Positions 8,863 to 18,198 of a stretch of 64,000 nt of DNA are shown piece by piece. Both the position numbers and the translations under genes were made by a program. The stretch lies in the IMG/VR virus record IMGVR_UViG_3300031669_005140; one strand, written 5' to 3'. Below the pieces are notes generated by a model, which saw nothing but the letters and a program-made list of their open reading frames with translations, had not been told where the DNA came from and searched no databases. The stretch comes from a virus. Each line of letters begins with the position of its first letter. The first letter of the stretch is position 1.

Positions 8863-8938
8863 GTCAATATTTGTTTAAATTTGTAAATATGTAGCTTTTA
8901 TAAGGCAGCCACGTCACCATAGATTCAACGTAATAATG

Positions 8939-9151
8939 CTAATTACTTTTAGGTTTAATTTCTTTTAGGCTATCTCTCATCAAATATTTCGCTTCCAAAA
9001 GTAGTTTCCTATAAAGAATATATGCGTGTCTTGCTTGCATACCGCCTTTAACTTCATGCAAATCACTTATTCTGTCTGTCAATAGTCTTTCAATTTCATC
9101 TACTACCTCAAAGAAATCTTTAATTTTTTCGTTTTCAATTTTGTATTCCAT
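8939..9151 (-). CDS. hypothetical cassette protein E
   Basis: 70-aa ORF between degenerate cores. Confidence 0.65.
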   Translation of the reverse strand: MEYKIENEKIKDFFEVVDEIERLLTDRISDLHEVKGGMQARHAYILYRKLLLEAKYLMRDSLKEIKPKSN

Positions 9152-9811
9152 TTTATTTCAAATTTTAGTTATTAAATCCGTAGTATTACTACTAATACAC
9201 TCGTCCGTTATTTATTGTTTCTATTTGCTATGGCCCAACCATTTCTTATATTTTTCGTTAGTGTGCCTAGCCCTAAACTCCCTATCTACATCCTTACCGT
9301 ACTTCTTCATCATGGTATGAATGCTTCGTAAAGGAAATGTTCTAAACGTAGAATACTCGTACCTTTGACTCACTCCTTCTGCATCATCCTTTAGCACAAC
9401 CCTATACCAGATTACGTGAATCATGTCGTTCTCTCTATGCACTACAGCCACATCATCATAGGCCACCATGAACCGAGAATAGATTTCGGCCAATCGTCTC
9501 AGCCTCTCTAGCATCTGCCGCTGCTTTGTTGTCGTCATTCTTTCTTTCCTTTATGTAATGTTTCAAATATTTCAGCCTATCTAAATATTCCTTAAATGTA
9601 GGATAGTTATGCTTATCAGAATTTCTCCAACGAGAATAGGCATATATGGTAGATTTTCCAAGAACCACTTTTTCGCAATCATCGTTCAGCCATTCTATAA
9701 ACTGCTCTGGATTATCCAGCCCCATTCCAAACATTGTGGCGTAATCTGAAGGATCAAACTGGTTTTTATCTGGATTACGGTTCGGATAGTCAACCTCAAA
9801 TACTACTCCCT

Positions 9812-10051
9812 CTACGTCCATATAGCATGTATATCGCTATCACCATCTATGACTGTTAGGCCATCGCCTACGTCTTTACCAGTAGTAGTGTAGACCACAA
9901 CTCTCATACCAACGTCAATAAGTGGATGATCGCTTGATACTACTTCTGCGTCGCAGGTAGGAGGCAAAGCAGTTACTTCAATTCCTGCAACAACTTGTTT
10001 TTTTATTTCCTTTCGCACAACTACGTGCCGGTTTTGTGGTATTACCATCAT
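9812..10051 (-). CDS. groES: co-chaperonin GroES-like protein
   Basis: IPQNRHVVVR...AGI...AEVVS...VGMRVV...DIHAI matches the Cpn10 pattern. Confidence 0.65.
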   Translation of the reverse strand: MMVIPQNRHVVVRKEIKKQVVAGIEVTALPPTCDAEVVSSDHPLIDVGMRVVVYTTTGKDVGDGLTVIDGDSDIHAIWT

Positions 10052-10059
10052 TATTTTTT

Positions 10060-10677
10060 TTAGTTAAACACATCGTATCCAAAAGGAGTCTCCAGCAGTG
10101 AGGCATAATCCCTGCCGCATAAAGAAACATCATCTGTGACCTTATAAACGGCCTTTATGTATGGTTCAAAGAACGTCTTAGGCTTACCGTTTGCTCCAAC
10201 TACTGCATAGCCATCCTCTATCCGCTCCATCTGCCTATGGGCAATAAGTGCCTTAAATTTCTTTCCTTTAAACGATTTTAGTTGCTCCAGCTGTGCCTCA
10301 TCGAAGCAGCAAGTATAAGGTAGAAACCATGACTGTCCTAGTGAAGATGTAGACACCTTGGCTTCATAGTGCTTCAACTCAAGCATCTCGAAGCTAAGTC
10401 GGTTATTGTAAACTCGTCTGTAGAACTCATACACAGGAGGTAGCTGAATTTTTATGGTCATGGTAAGTTTATTGTCTCTACTAACCTCACCTTTTACCGA
10501 ATAAACCTTTACCTCGTGAATGCCCATTGGGGTGATCGGCTTCTTTTCAAATCCCCAACGAGGATAGGCAATGGTGGTAAATCCCCAACGAGGATAGGTA
10601 ATGGTGGTAAGCAACCGTTCCTGGTCTTTGGTTAAAAAACCTGCGTAATCTTCTGCTATTAAGGACTCCTTATTCAT
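10060..10677 (-). CDS. hypothetical protein with an internal 10-aa tandem duplication
   Basis: 205-aa ORF containing TTITYPRWGF-TTIAYPRWGF. Confidence 0.6.
   Translation of the reverse strand: MNKESLIAEDYAGFLTKDQERLLTTITYPRWGFTTIAYPRWGFEKKPITPMGIHEVKVYSVKGEVSRDNKLTMTIKIQLPPVYEFYRRVYNNRLSFEMLELKHYEAKVSTSSLGQSWFLPYTCCFDEAQLEQLKSFKGKKFKALIAHRQMERIEDGYAVVGANGKPKTFFEPYIKAVYKVTDDVSLCGRDYASLLETPFGYDVFN
10549..10608 (+). repeat. 30-bp tandem duplication
   Basis: AAATCCCCAACGAGGATAGG(C/T)AATGGTGGT x2. Confidence 0.9.
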
Positions 10678-10978
10678 TATGCAAAAGGATTACTTTTACC
10701 GTGGCCAAATACATCTCCAAAGATGGTAGTTAATGGGTTATCCTCATAGCAGGTGTTCACAACCATATAACCAAAGTTCTTATACTTCAGTTTCAATAAA
10801 TCCTCCAGCCTACTTTGAGCATGTAGCTTAGATAGCGCACCCGTAACCCTCATCTTCTTATCTAGGACTATTGGCCTACAGTCTTTGTCGTAACAACTAT
10901 ACTCTACTATGTATCTCTGCTTTATCATTGGATTAGGCTATTAAACTATACCTGTGAATGAACTACAAATCAGTTTTA

Positions 10979-12279
10979 GTGAACTACCCACCCACGCCAA
11001 AGGCGATGGGATTGGCTTCATGGGTCAAAGCTCCTTCTAATGAAGGCAACATACCATGATTTTTATGTGTATGTTCCGTACACAATTTATTTAATGCGAA
11101 ATTTTTAATATTTATGGAAGCATTCACATCCCTATCGAGAACAGAATCGCACTTAGGACAAGTCCATTCACGGTCTTTGAGTGTTAGTTCGTTATTGATA
11201 TACCCACAACAATTACATGTTTTAGAGCTTGGCTCAAATCTTCCAATCCTTAGAATGTTTACACCGTTCCATTTTGCCTTATATTCAAGCATGGTAACGA
11301 ATGTTCCCCAAGATACGTCAGAAATTGAACCAGCTAAACAATGGTTTTTTAGCATTCCATTTATATTTAGGTCTTCCAAAGCAATAGATTGGTTCTCTCT
11401 TATTAACTCTGTACTGACCTTATGCAAAAAGTCTTTTTTTTGGTTAGCTACTTTTTCGTGTAATATGGCTAACCTGTGTTTACGTTTATTTGATTTATTT
11501 TTTGAAAACTGTCGTTGTTGGTATTTTAAACGTTCTATTGATTTACGTAAGTATTTTGGATTGTCGTATTCTTTACCATTTGAGGAAACAAGAAATGATT
11601 TAATTCCTAAATCTAACCCAACCGTTGTTTCTTCATTAACTGGATTTGGTTGTTTTTCTACCTCGCCTGTTTCGCAAAGAATAGAAACAAAGTATTTGCC
11701 TGTTGGCGTTCTGCTAATTGTAGCCTGTCTTATTTCGCCTTTAAACGGTCTATGCAAAACAACATTAATCCCCTTTTTGAATTTTGGGATAATCAGTTTA
11801 TCGTTATCAATGTTAATACTTTGTGGAATATTGAAAGATTGCTTGCCCTTACCTTTCTTTTTAAATTTAGGAAAGTCGTTTTGTGCCTTAAAAAACGCAG
11901 TGTATGCTTTATCTAAGTTTGTTATTGATTGTTGCAATGACTGGCTGTTTACTTCTTTTAGCCATTCATGCTCATTTTTAAGATTGGTTAATCTTTTATG
12001 TAATGCGAAGCAAGAATGGTTTGTTTTATCTTTAGCGTATTCGGATTGTTTAAAAGCTAAAGCATTGTTATATACAAAACGAGCGCAACCAATATGTTTA
12101 TTGATTAACTCAGCTTGTGATGCTGTTGGTATTATTCTATATCGAAACGCTTTTAACATATTGCAAATATACAAAATTTACAGAAACAAACTCATTTATT
12201 TAAAAAGATTATTAACTTTGCATTGGGTCGCATTCATCCCACCCACCCTTCGAGATAAGTGGGCTTTCGCTCCCATTTC
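10979..12279 (-). mobile_element. IS200/IS605-family element, tnpB only (IS1341-like)
   Basis: tnpB with subterminal hairpins; the left end follows TTAC (12280-12283) and the right end terminates ...GGGTAGTTCAC. Confidence 0.8.
10984..12159 (-). CDS. tnpB: RNA-guided endonuclease TnpB
   Basis: HTH MLKAFRYRI, RuvC I GLDLGIK, RuvC II IALEDLN, zinc finger CNCCG...CPKC, RuvC III DRDVNAS; start follows the TATATTTG promoter element at 12164-12171. Confidence 0.95.
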   Translation of the reverse strand: MLKAFRYRIIPTASQAELINKHIGCARFVYNNALAFKQSEYAKDKTNHSCFALHKRLTNLKNEHEWLKEVNSQSLQQSITNLDKAYTAFFKAQNDFPKFKKKGKGKQSFNIPQSINIDNDKLIIPKFKKGINVVLHRPFKGEIRQATISRTPTGKYFVSILCETGEVEKQPNPVNEETTVGLDLGIKSFLVSSNGKEYDNPKYLRKSIERLKYQQRQFSKNKSNKRKHRLAILHEKVANQKKDFLHKVSTELIRENQSIALEDLNINGMLKNHCLAGSISDVSWGTFVTMLEYKAKWNGVNILRIGRFEPSSKTCNCCGYINNELTLKDREWTCPKCDSVLDRDVNASINIKNFALNKLCTEHTHKNHGMLPSLEGALTHEANPIAFGVGG

Positions 12280-12280
12280 G

Positions 12281-12565
12281 TAATTTTAAAAATTAATAGT
12301 TGTTAGTAGGTTTGTCTTTTATTAGTTCGGTTTTTAATAATTCATAAATATCATCAATCTTTTTTCTGTCATCTTTATGCATAGTAATGAATTCACCACC
12401 CCAGCGAATATATCCTATAAAATGCTTTACAAATTCGTAACCGTATGATATAGCCAACAGTAATAGTATTGCTGGGCTTACCAAAATTCTTATAAAAAAG
12501 TTCCTTTTATTCATAATTTTAAAAATTAATAGTTGTTAGTAGGTTTGTCTTTTAAAAGTTCGGTT
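12281..12565. repeat. 52-bp direct repeats (12281-12332 and 12514-12565) flanking a 73-aa gene
   Basis: TAATTTTAAAAATTAATAGTTGTTAGTAGGTTTGTCTTTTAnnAGTTCGGTT twice. Confidence 0.9.
12293..12514 (-). CDS. small membrane protein
   Basis: Hydrophobic N-terminal segment FFIRILVSPAILLLLAISY. Confidence 0.65.
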   Translation of the reverse strand: MNKRNFFIRILVSPAILLLLAISYGYEFVKHFIGYIRWGGEFITMHKDDRKKIDDIYELLKTELIKDKPTNNY

Positions 12566-13304
12566 AATCGCTACAATCATATTTCCAATATATTTTACAA
12601 ATTGGACAACTAACAATATTCTCTGACCCTCTTTGGTTTAAACTAACCTCTATTAGTCTATGTTTAGAATCTATGCATTTTCTGTATTCTGGATAATCTT
12701 CTTTTGTATATACAAAAGTTTTGTGTGGCTTTCCTGTTTCTGAGCATAAATTACCATCTTCATCGTAATAAACATCCTTCCATTCATTTTGCCATCCTAA
12801 AAATTTATAGCCATTTGAAGTATAATTATAACCGCCATCTTTTTTATGCAGTTCTTTGAATGCTTTCTCTTCCTCAACAAATTTTCTTATAATCTCTCCT
12901 TGTTTTTCAGCATCCACGATAGAGTAAAATAATCCTTTTTCGGTTATAACATCCGTAAACATTACAGATGAAGTAGATATTCTATTATTTTCTTTACCCC
13001 AAACTTCTGAGTATTTAAACCATAAATTCTCTACTGAAAATGGAATATCCATATCCGAGTATATAGCCAATGCTTTAACCTCTTTTTTAGTTGGTTTTTT
13101 GCCAGTAAAGTATAGTATTCCTTCATGTTTGTAATGCGAATATTCAATATCAATTATAGTTCTTTCGGCTACTTTTCCACTAGGATAAACTACATAATAA
13201 ACGCTGGGTATAGTTTTACCTTCTTTTTGAGAATTAATAAACTTATTAGTTTTTACATCAACTATTGAAAGATAATAATTCCATTTTTCTAAGTTAGTTT
13301 TCAT
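12564..13304 (-). CDS. hypothetical protein with C-terminal zinc-ribbon-like CPIC
   Basis: 246-aa AT-rich ORF. Confidence 0.6.
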   Translation of the reverse strand: MKTNLEKWNYYLSIVDVKTNKFINSQKEGKTIPSVYYVVYPSGKVAERTIIDIEYSHYKHEGILYFTGKKPTKKEVKALAIYSDMDIPFSVENLWFKYSEVWGKENNRISTSSVMFTDVITEKGLFYSIVDAEKQGEIIRKFVEEEKAFKELHKKDGGYNYTSNGYKFLGWQNEWKDVYYDEDGNLCSETGKPHKTFVYTKEDYPEYRKCIDSKHRLIEVSLNQRGSENIVSCPICKIYWKYDCSD

Positions 13305-13674
13305 CGTTTTAAAATTTAACTATACATGACACGTCTTAATCTAACAATGCTTTAGGAATATAGTATTCTACAATAGCATAATCCTCATAGGATATACTCT
13401 GGACATAGTCTTCACTTACAACCAACTCTAGGACAATATTTTCCTCAATCCATCTGCCCTGTGTTTCGGAGTCTACGCTAAACGAATAGAGATGACCAAC
13501 TTTATTGAGCACAACACCATACTCAAACATCTCAAACCTAACCGTTATTATGCCGTGTGAGGACATGGTTACTGTTTGTGAATCGACTATTAGTCCGTTG
13601 CGTGTAGTCTCAGCCATAGCATTTAATTTAGTAGTTCAAAATAAGGAAAAATTTTTGACATATCCAAATCATTT

Positions 13675-13781
13675 GTCAAAAACTGGTTAAAATAATTGGA
13701 CTGCATCTATCAACTAGGTTATCAAACATACATGGACAACATGGACAGTCAAGATTAACACTGTGTTTATAAACGAGTTAT
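13675..13781. repeat. 107-bp direct repeat (copy at 19568-19674) containing tandem attI-like sites next to a promoter
   Basis: GTCAAAAACTGGTTAAAATAATTGGACTGCATCTATCAACTAGGTTATC...CTGTGTTTATAAACGAGTTAT with 3 mismatches between copies. Confidence 0.9.
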
Positions 13782-13993
13782 TGGCAATGCTTTACAAACT
13801 CAACACTGCCGTCTTCTTTCCATTTAAAAACACCTACACTACTTTTCGGTCTGTTCTTATAAAACAGTCCTGTCTTTTTTAGCAGTGTTTGAAACAAATT
13901 TAATCTATCGTAAGGGTCGCATCCAATAATGTAGCGATTTGCACTGCCCATAATAACAGGTATAGTGCATTGTTCTTTCTTTGTATCGACCAT
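13778..13993 (-). CDS. hypothetical cassette protein F
   Basis: Start in the hairpin loop (MVDTKKEQCTIPVIMGSA); stop within the TAAC core. Confidence 0.65.
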   Translation of the reverse strand: MVDTKKEQCTIPVIMGSANRYIIGCDPYDRLNLFQTLLKKTGLFYKNRPKSSVGVFKWKEDGSVEFVKHCQ

Positions 13994-14068
13994 TTGTCTT
14001 AATTTTAAAGTTAATCTCTTTTATCAAGGTCGGTGTTCAACGCACCATACCCAAACCGTTATGCGCAA

Positions 14069-14305
14069 TTAGTACTCAACTGCGCATTCACCATTACAAT
14101 AATCATACATAAAGTTTGCATGCTCTGTATTTGCTTCTTTCTTTAATTCTTTAATGTTCGTTTCTATGTAGTCGTATAAAGGCTTATCAAGTTTTTCTTT
14201 TATATTAAACCACAACCAAGTAAAATAACTTGGACTTTTCTTTCTGACTTCTTCATAAGTTAAGCCTTTATACTTACCAAATCTAAATGTTTCTGGTCTA
14301 CTCAT
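14069..14305 (-). CDS. DUF3820/ExoX C-terminal-like (FGKYKG) protein
   Basis: FRFGKYKGLTYEEV...PSYFTWL motif. Confidence 0.7.
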   Translation of the reverse strand: MSRPETFRFGKYKGLTYEEVRKKSPSYFTWLWFNIKEKLDKPLYDYIETNIKELKKEANTEHANFMYDYCNGECAVEY

Positions 14306-14368
14306 AGCACTTTAACGTTTTATAACAGCACATTGTTTTAATTAAAACGACAACAACTCTTCCAATCA

Positions 14369-15310
14369 TTAACCGATTATGTCCTTGGCAATCAGAACCG
14401 CCTGCTTAAAATCTCCAGCACATTCTAATATAGCCAATACTGCAAACGGTGTATAGGAGTGCCCTGCTTCGAAAGGATAGGCATTTGGCGACCACACGTA
14501 AAAGATGTTCTCTCCACACACCCCCAGAGTTGCGCTGTGACCTTCGCTCTTACCTGGACGTGCAAGCCTATTTTCTGTTATGAACTTCCAGCCGTGGCTA
14601 ACAAGTAAGTTTCTAAGATACTCAGCAACTCCATTCCACGCATTAAACTGATCCCCTATCCTATCACCAACGATTACGTTATCACTTGCTTCTCTCTTCT
14701 TGAACACAATTGGCTGCTCTTCTATCTCCGTTAGCGACTTACAGTAACTTATAAGTTTCATCCGAACTTCTACTGGAATAGTTTTAATATCCAGCATGGA
14801 GCCACGTAGGTTAACATAACCGGAGGTAGGTGGTATAACTGCAATTCCTCGTTCCCCCCTTGTCTCTAAAATAGCCTCTGCGTTGTAGTCCTTGCGCTTA
14901 ACGTTGTAGTCCAGAATGTTTTTCCTCATGCACAACTTCTGATTTCGCTCAATAAAGGCACAGCGATAAATGAGGTGATAACCTCCACTCCTTGTCTTGT
15001 TTACCGTAAAGAGTTTGAAGTCATCACCCATATGATTCCTAATCTTGTTGATGAATATTTTTGCATCCCTGAATTTATTGTCAATATCCACTATTTCTAG
15101 GTTTCCACTTACCTTACCACAAACTACACATAGGCCGTGATAGTTAGTATCGAAAACTGAGAGTGGTGCTTGCTCTGTGATATACTTAGTCCATTCAAGG
15201 ATGGGTAGTTTTCTTCTACTTGTTGGGAGAATATTCAGGCCAGCAGCATTGTATTGCCGTATTAAGTCTAGGTTATAAACTGGATTATCAACGCCGTGGC
15301 CTGTTTCCAT
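14369..15310 (-). CDS. bifunctional primase-polymerase (Prim-Pol) domain protein
   Basis: GLNILP..KLP..W, VCGKVSGNLEIVDID, TRSGGYHLIY, ETRGERG...PPT motifs. Confidence 0.85.
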   Translation of the reverse strand: METGHGVDNPVYNLDLIRQYNAAGLNILPTSRRKLPILEWTKYITEQAPLSVFDTNYHGLCVVCGKVSGNLEIVDIDNKFRDAKIFINKIRNHMGDDFKLFTVNKTRSGGYHLIYRCAFIERNQKLCMRKNILDYNVKRKDYNAEAILETRGERGIAVIPPTSGYVNLRGSMLDIKTIPVEVRMKLISYCKSLTEIEEQPIVFKKREASDNVIVGDRIGDQFNAWNGVAEYLRNLLVSHGWKFITENRLARPGKSEGHSATLGVCGENIFYVWSPNAYPFEAGHSYTPFAVLAILECAGDFKQAVLIAKDIIG

Positions 15311-15314
15311 ATCC

Positions 15315-15875
15315 CTATTTTAAGCAGTTCTTTACGGAACCGAGCATGTATCTGTAAGCATCGCTAACCTTCATATCTGTCTCTCCGTCTTCCTTCTTAA
15401 TCATATTACCAGAAGTGTAGGCGGCCATGGTCTTAGACATAACGAAAATACACATATCCTTGCCTTCGTAAGTTGTCTCTGTCTCAACTTGTTTCCACAC
15501 ATCGTCGATTATCATCCTTAGCATTGTCTCAAACAATTTCCATTCTACCTTACCAGCAATCATGGCATCTACGACATAGCTCAAGCAGCGTTTACCAACC
15601 TCGTCCTTAATAACCTCTCTACTACTTCCACTTTGAACAATTCCACCCGCCTGCTCCTCAAACCGCTTTAACTTTTTATATGGCTTGTTAGACATCGATA
15701 CCATATCCTCGGCAGTAAACTTTGCCACTTCGCCTACTACGAAATATTTATTTGCATACTTCGACTTGTAGGTTCCTTCTCCTCCATCATACTTGATAGT
15801 GTATGTGAAGTTTCCATTGTTATCCTTCTGTTTCCACTCCTCGATGGAGAGAATCTTTTTTTCTAATACTTCCAT
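15315..15875 (-). CDS. hypothetical protein (possible ssDNA-binding/recombination)
   Basis: 186-aa ORF in the replication/recombination cluster. Confidence 0.5.
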   Translation of the reverse strand: MEVLEKKILSIEEWKQKDNNGNFTYTIKYDGGEGTYKSKYANKYFVVGEVAKFTAEDMVSMSNKPYKKLKRFEEQAGGIVQSGSSREVIKDEVGKRCLSYVVDAMIAGKVEWKLFETMLRMIIDDVWKQVETETTYEGKDMCIFVMSKTMAAYTSGNMIKKEDGETDMKVSDAYRYMLGSVKNCLK

Positions 15876-15877
15876 GT

Positions 15878-17119
15878 CTATTTAGTTTTGTTAACAACCT
15901 CAAAAATAACCTCTTCTTCTGTGCTATCCATCTCTACTACGGTGATAAGCATAAGCACATCATTTGTTCTGGCCAACTCATCGAGCCACTCAATGTTCTT
16001 CCGACCAATGCTCTCTCCCCTGTCCATAAGAACAATATCCGTTCCAGCATTACATGCAATAGCGATCTCTGCCACGGCCTTATATAGCTCGGAGGTGCTT
16101 ACCTGTTCCCACTTCAGCTCGTAGCGTTCACCCTCTACGATAAGCCATATTCCATCGTCCTCTACAGATATATTTTTAAATGGAAAGTCATAGTTTGAAA
16201 TAATGGCCTTTTTAACCTCTCTTTTTTGCTGGACAAGTAAATCCTCCGCCTGATATATTTCATTGGCTGATTTAAGTTCTGAGGCCGCTTTATTAACGGA
16301 TAGCTGATTATCCTCGTATGCTTTAGTTGCGTAGTAAAGTTGAGTTAGGCTTTCTCGCTCCTTGGAGTATTCGTCATAAAGATGAGATATTCGTTCGAAG
16401 TCCTCTACGAACTCACCAGAAATAGGAACTAACGTATAGGTATTAAATAGCGTATTCAACTCTGAATATTTATGATAAATTGTTTTCACCTCCTCGTGCT
16501 TTACGGCCTGCAACTTACCATCTTCCTGTATCTGAAACGAGGTTTTGTCACTTGGTCGTTCTCCAGATACAGCCCTTAGCGAATCATAAAGCGACTGTGC
16601 AGCATCCAGCGTCTTCTTATACTTAGCCCTTCGCTCTACAGTCTGCTCCTCCTCGTATTCCAATGCAAAGAACTGATCCTGTAATTCATTTGACATAATG
16701 TTTAGTAGCGCATTACGTTGCTTCTTGCGACCATCCGCTGTGTAGGAGAACTGAATAAATTCATCGACGGTAAACTTGTTGTAATGAAGCAGTTCCGCTA
16801 CATCCTTTATTCGGCTCTTCTTTGAGCCGTCTGGCATGATAACAAGAAATCTATCCTTATCTACGGTTAGGTCTTGACGAACAAGATACTCTAGCCCATC
16901 CGAGGCAACCCATGTAATTTCAGAGTAACCGGTCTTGCTTTCTCTATTAAGCAACCTATCTGATTTTCCCTGCGACAGATGTGAGTCTATTGCCTGAAGC
17001 AACGAAGTCTTACCTGTATTAGGCTTGCCCTTAATAAGAAGCACTCCGTTCTCTGGCAACTCTAGGTTCAGCTTGCGCCACTTCTTGAAATTATGGAGTT
17101 CTATAGTTCTTGGTTTCAT
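15878..17119 (-). CDS. SMC/Rad50-like AAA ATPase
   Basis: IELHNFK, Walker A GKPNTGKT, coiled coil, signature-like STSE and Walker B-like VLMDRGE. Confidence 0.85.
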   Translation of the reverse strand: MKPRTIELHNFKKWRKLNLELPENGVLLIKGKPNTGKTSLLQAIDSHLSQGKSDRLLNRESKTGYSEITWVASDGLEYLVRQDLTVDKDRFLVIMPDGSKKSRIKDVAELLHYNKFTVDEFIQFSYTADGRKKQRNALLNIMSNELQDQFFALEYEEEQTVERRAKYKKTLDAAQSLYDSLRAVSGERPSDKTSFQIQEDGKLQAVKHEEVKTIYHKYSELNTLFNTYTLVPISGEFVEDFERISHLYDEYSKERESLTQLYYATKAYEDNQLSVNKAASELKSANEIYQAEDLLVQQKREVKKAIISNYDFPFKNISVEDDGIWLIVEGERYELKWEQVSTSELYKAVAEIAIACNAGTDIVLMDRGESIGRKNIEWLDELARTNDVLMLITVVEMDSTEEEVIFEVVNKTK

Positions 17120-17121
17120 GG

Positions 17122-18198
17122 CTAGTTAATCATCATTGGCATTAGTAAAATAGTATCCTCGTTATCTCCAACAATAAGAACTGCCTTATCTGGATAGGTG
17201 GCTACGAATCCAACACTATCACCGCTTACGGCAGATAAGCACTGGAGTAACTTCTGTGAGTTAAATCCTATGTCCAAATCCCCAACGCAAATTGCATCTG
17301 AAACAACTTCTTCAGCAGCCGTAGAGAAGTCTAAGTCCTGAGAACTCACTGTTAGGCTATCTCTTACAAAAGATAACTTAATCAGCATGGACATCTTATT
17401 GGAGAATACCGATACTCGTTTAATAGCACTCAGCAGCAAATCCTTCTTTACACTAAACTGCTTATCTCCACCCGAAGGGATTATGGAAAGAACATTAGGG
17501 TATTTCCCCTCGATAAGCCTAGCCGTAATGAATGAATCTCCATGTGAAAACTTAATGTTACGACCATCAGTAGCCATATAAAGTTCTTCATTTTGAATAG
17601 CAGCCAACCATGCGGTAACTATTCCAATCGACCTAGATGAAATAACTACATCGTGACTTAAGCCAAATGAGGGTTCTGTCTTGTATAGGAAGTGTGCATC
17701 AGTAGCAGTAACATAATCTTTTCCGATATACACCCCATTCATAATTGGGCGCAGTTCATCGTTGACCACAAACTTTGCTGCTCTGTTTACGGTGTCTGAG
17801 AATGCGGCCCCATAAAAAGCAACGGATTTTTCCTTAACCACTGGAGCAGTTGGGAAGTCGGTAGCATCCTCAATTGGCATAGTGAACTTTCCACTACCAG
17901 TTTTGATAGACATCTTGCTGTGCTCGTGATCCACATCAATGGATATATCCTTTCCTGCATTCCCATCTATTACTTTTAGGAACAGCTGTGCATTCACACA
18001 AAATCCAGGAACATCTACCTGAATAGGACAAGCCAGAGAAATAGTATTTTCCAAATCAGAGGCGGTTACAAGACATCCTCCGAATGCATTACCGGAGATC
18101 ATAAATGAATCCAGAATGGGTAACGAGCTACTCTTAGAGATAGCCTTAATGGCCAACTTCAGCGTTGGCAGTAAATCGTTTGCGTTAAATTTTATCAT
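17122..18198 (-). CDS. dnaN: DNA polymerase III sliding clamp (beta subunit)
   Basis: LPILDSF, ASDLE, DELRPIMNGV, ATDAH, ARLIEGKYPN, IGFN and LLMPM motifs. Confidence 0.95.
   Translation of the reverse strand: MIKFNANDLLPTLKLAIKAISKSSSLPILDSFMISGNAFGGCLVTASDLENTISLACPIQVDVPGFCVNAQLFLKVIDGNAGKDISIDVDHEHSKMSIKTGSGKFTMPIEDATDFPTAPVVKEKSVAFYGAAFSDTVNRAAKFVVNDELRPIMNGVYIGKDYVTATDAHFLYKTEPSFGLSHDVVISSRSIGIVTAWLAAIQNEELYMATDGRNIKFSHGDSFITARLIEGKYPNVLSIIPSGGDKQFSVKKDLLLSAIKRVSVFSNKMSMLIKLSFVRDSLTVSSQDLDFSTAAEEVVSDAICVGDLDIGFNSQKLLQCLSAVSGDSVGFVATYPDKAVLIVGDNEDTILLMPMMIN

Larger units (their letters stand above)
8197..9210 (-). mobile_element. three-cassette array (C, D, E) with attC-like hairpins at 8456-8580 and 8811-8933
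   Basis: End pairs: GTTAGCACCA/TGGTGCTAAC (10/10), GTTATGCACGATGA/TCATCTTGCATAAC (13/14), GTAATAATGCTA/TAGTATTACTAC (10/12). Confidence 0.8.
13777..14326 (-). mobile_element. two-cassette array (F, G) with attC-like hairpin at 13951-14061
   Basis: F ends GTTATTGGCAATGC/GCACTGCCCATAAT (11/14); arms GGTATAGTGCATTG/CAACGCACCATACC. Confidence 0.7.

Noticed and set aside
11114-12283. 389-aa plus-strand ORF
   Set aside because: Antisense shadow of tnpB with no recognisable motifs.
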